From the NCBI RefSeq assembly GCF_964194025.1, contig NC_134475.1, forward strand, positions 48,484,001 to 48,548,000: a stretch of DNA of 64,000 nucleotides, read 5' to 3'. This document shows, piece by piece, positions 61,806 to 64,000 of this stretch. The position numbers and the translations under genes are program-made. The notes below the pieces were generated by a model that was given only the letters and a program-made list of their open reading frames with translations, was not told the DNA's origin and made no database searches. Every line of letters starts with the position of its first letter. The stretch's first letter is position 1. This DNA comes from Convolutriloba macropyga. Its lineage: Eukaryota.

Positions 61806-64000
61806 GATCTATAATTGTTTCCGTTTGTGTCCCCCAGTAAGTTATGCTTCACAATTTACAGAACACGTGTCATTACATGTTAAATTATTATGAAAAAATA
61901 TGGCACATGCGTCTCAGGAGTGCTAATAAAATAAACCCAGTAAGCTGGGGGAGGGGCAGAAGCGGAAAGCATTGCTTTTATTTTATGCGAACACTTCTGT
62001 TTTCTTTTTTTTGTTCGTCTTCATTCTACTTCCTGTTTGTTTTTAGCATTATCTTTCGGCTTAGATTTTGAATTTTGCTTTCGATCAGATCTATTATGGA
62101 ATTTCCTGAAAGGTTTTTCTCAATTTAGCTCCTGGACCCCAAATTGTAATTTTTATATTGCTATAAAGGGCGTTACTATGTAAAAAGTAGCACGTAAAAG
62201 ATATATGCCCACTAAATTGAAAAGATCCTAGGTCCCATAAAATAATAACCACATTTGGTGCTTTTTAGGAATATGGCGACGTGCGTTTTAGGAACACAAG
62301 ACGATTAAAGGAAAAACTCTGATCTCTCCCGTTTGCGCCCCCATCCTAATGGGTGCATATCATTTGCACATCATTTGTTACTATGTGCATATCATTTGTT
62401 ACTACGTAATATGACGTACTATGTAGTGAGACGTGAATCATACTTGGGGGTGCATAAGGTACCGGGGGTAAACGGAATAAATCCAAAATCTCTTTTTAGG
62501 TTCATGGTCTTAAATTTCAGAACTTGTCATAGAATGTTTTTTTGTATCTATTCTGTTTGCCCCCCCCCCAGTGTTTTTCGTTTTTTATGACCCCCCAGTT
62601 ACAAATTAAATGTTGTTATATAGCACGTTACTATGTAAGAAAATAGCACGTGCACCTGGGCGCCTGAGGGTTATAAAAGATTTATGCTCACTAAGCTGGG
62701 GGGGGGGGCAAACACAATAGATCCGTTTTTTTTCAGTTTTTAATGTTTGACTGGTTAGTGATGGGTTTTTTAGATATTTTCTATTACCCCCGAAAATTAT
62801 GCGTTCTTAATTACAGAGGGGGGGGGGGGGGGTCATTAATCAGAAGAACTCGATTAAAAAGTGGCATGCGCACGTGGGGATCCAAAAAATTTGCACCAAC
62901 CGAACTGAGTCCTTTCTTACCTACACGCACTCAGTTTCGCTTGCTTGCAACTCTCTCAGTTTGTGGCGTGCAAAAACTCCCTGATCTATTCTCTTTCCCC
63001 CTTCGTTTTATGTAGCACGTTACTATGTAATAAATAACACGTAAACCTAGGGGAGGGGTTTTTAAAATCTATTTTCCCACTAAACCGGGGTGAGATGGCG
63101 AACCAGAATAGATCTGCAACCATTATAAACCGCTTTAAAATGTTGAAATACACGTGCTCTTTTTTCCAGAGTTGTATCTTCCTTTCAAACAATCGAAAAT
63201 TTCAAATAGACATGCATTTCGAAAATAAACTCCTCAAAAATAACTAACTGATTCTCCTCTACAAACCTATTATTGACCATTACTACTTGATCCTCAGCTG
63301 TTGGTGAGATTTTATAAACGAAAAAATAGAAACAATTCAATTGTCCAATTATAGATCTTTTCCATTTGTGCCTTCCTCTACCCCCCCCCCCCCCCAGATT
63401 AGTGGGTGCACATTATTTTCACCCCCAAGACGCACGTGCCATATTTTTTGCATAATGATTTACTATGCAATTGCAGCAGGTGCTCTCTAACAGAACTGGG
63501 GACATATAGCGTACTGGGGAGAGACAAATGGAGAATATCCCAAATTAAGTGTACAGCAGGCGGTGAAACAGAGTCATGTCAATAAATAAGATGTTACATT
63601 GGACAGTCGCCATAGTTGCAATGCTCTACATGGCAAGGGTCATTGAAACAGTGAAGCTATCTCCTGGTGCACCATGCAATGTTTCACAGGGACTAGAGTG
63701 TGGGGAGGAAATGTTCTGCTCTTTATTCGACAACGTATGCTTAACAGTTGGATACACAATTCCACAGCCATGAGAGATATAGTTGTCACGCATATAAATT
63801 ATATGCTATCTTAGTTACGAATGGAGCCTGTACGAAGATCGCTTGAATCTATATCCTATCCTAGAGAAAATGGATCTATTCTGTTTCGCCCCACTCCCCC
63901 CCCCCCAGTGGTTTTTGCCCCCAATTGCATCTTATGTATGTTGTTATATAGCACGTTACTATCTAAATCATAACACTTGTGTGTGGGGTAAACGTTAAAT
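61806..64000. mobile_element. Cluster of about 7 copies of a 130-190-bp MITE (GATCTATT/AATAGATC ends)
   Basis: Copies at ~61806-61967, 62088-62227, 62321-62483, 62545-62723, 62983-63114, 63354-63539 and 63873-64000. Most share TAGCACGTTACTATGTAA and C/G tracts next to the ends. Confidence 0.75.
63576..63773 (+). CDS. Putative small secreted cysteine-rich peptide (65 aa)
   Basis: True ATG start. Hydrophobic N-terminus (WTVAIVAMLYMA). Mature part GAPC-x7-C-x5-C-x6-C. Lies in non-repetitive sequence between two MITE copies. Confidence 0.5.
   Translation: MSINKMLHWTVAIVAMLYMARVIETVKLSPGAPCNVSQGLECGEEMFCSLFDNVCLTVGYTIPQP

Overview
This is an AT-rich animal genomic window with GT-AG introns and two N gaps (22288-22939 and 59469-59491). 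It holds two spliced host genes arranged head-to-head about 1.1 kb apart: a complete 4-exon CCDC178-like coiled-coil gene on the minus strand (34102-43459, ~890 aa), and the first five coding exons of a NEK4-like kinase on the plus strand (44552-53653), which probably continues downstream. The left half has two related Ty3/Gypsy (Mag-like) LTR retrotransposons: an old, decayed copy (11475-18068) and a young copy (22940-32703, LTRs ~98% identical). The young copy carries a tandem triplication of a 1300-bp protease-RT block. In both elements the gag ATG is formed by the LTR end joined to the tRNA primer-binding site. The window also contains a LINE RT remnant, several MITE families, a 6-kb segment bounded by inverted repeats with an internal long hairpin, and a 65-codon ORF for a putative secreted 4-cysteine peptide between MITE copies near the right end. 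All calls were read by eye; no searches were run.
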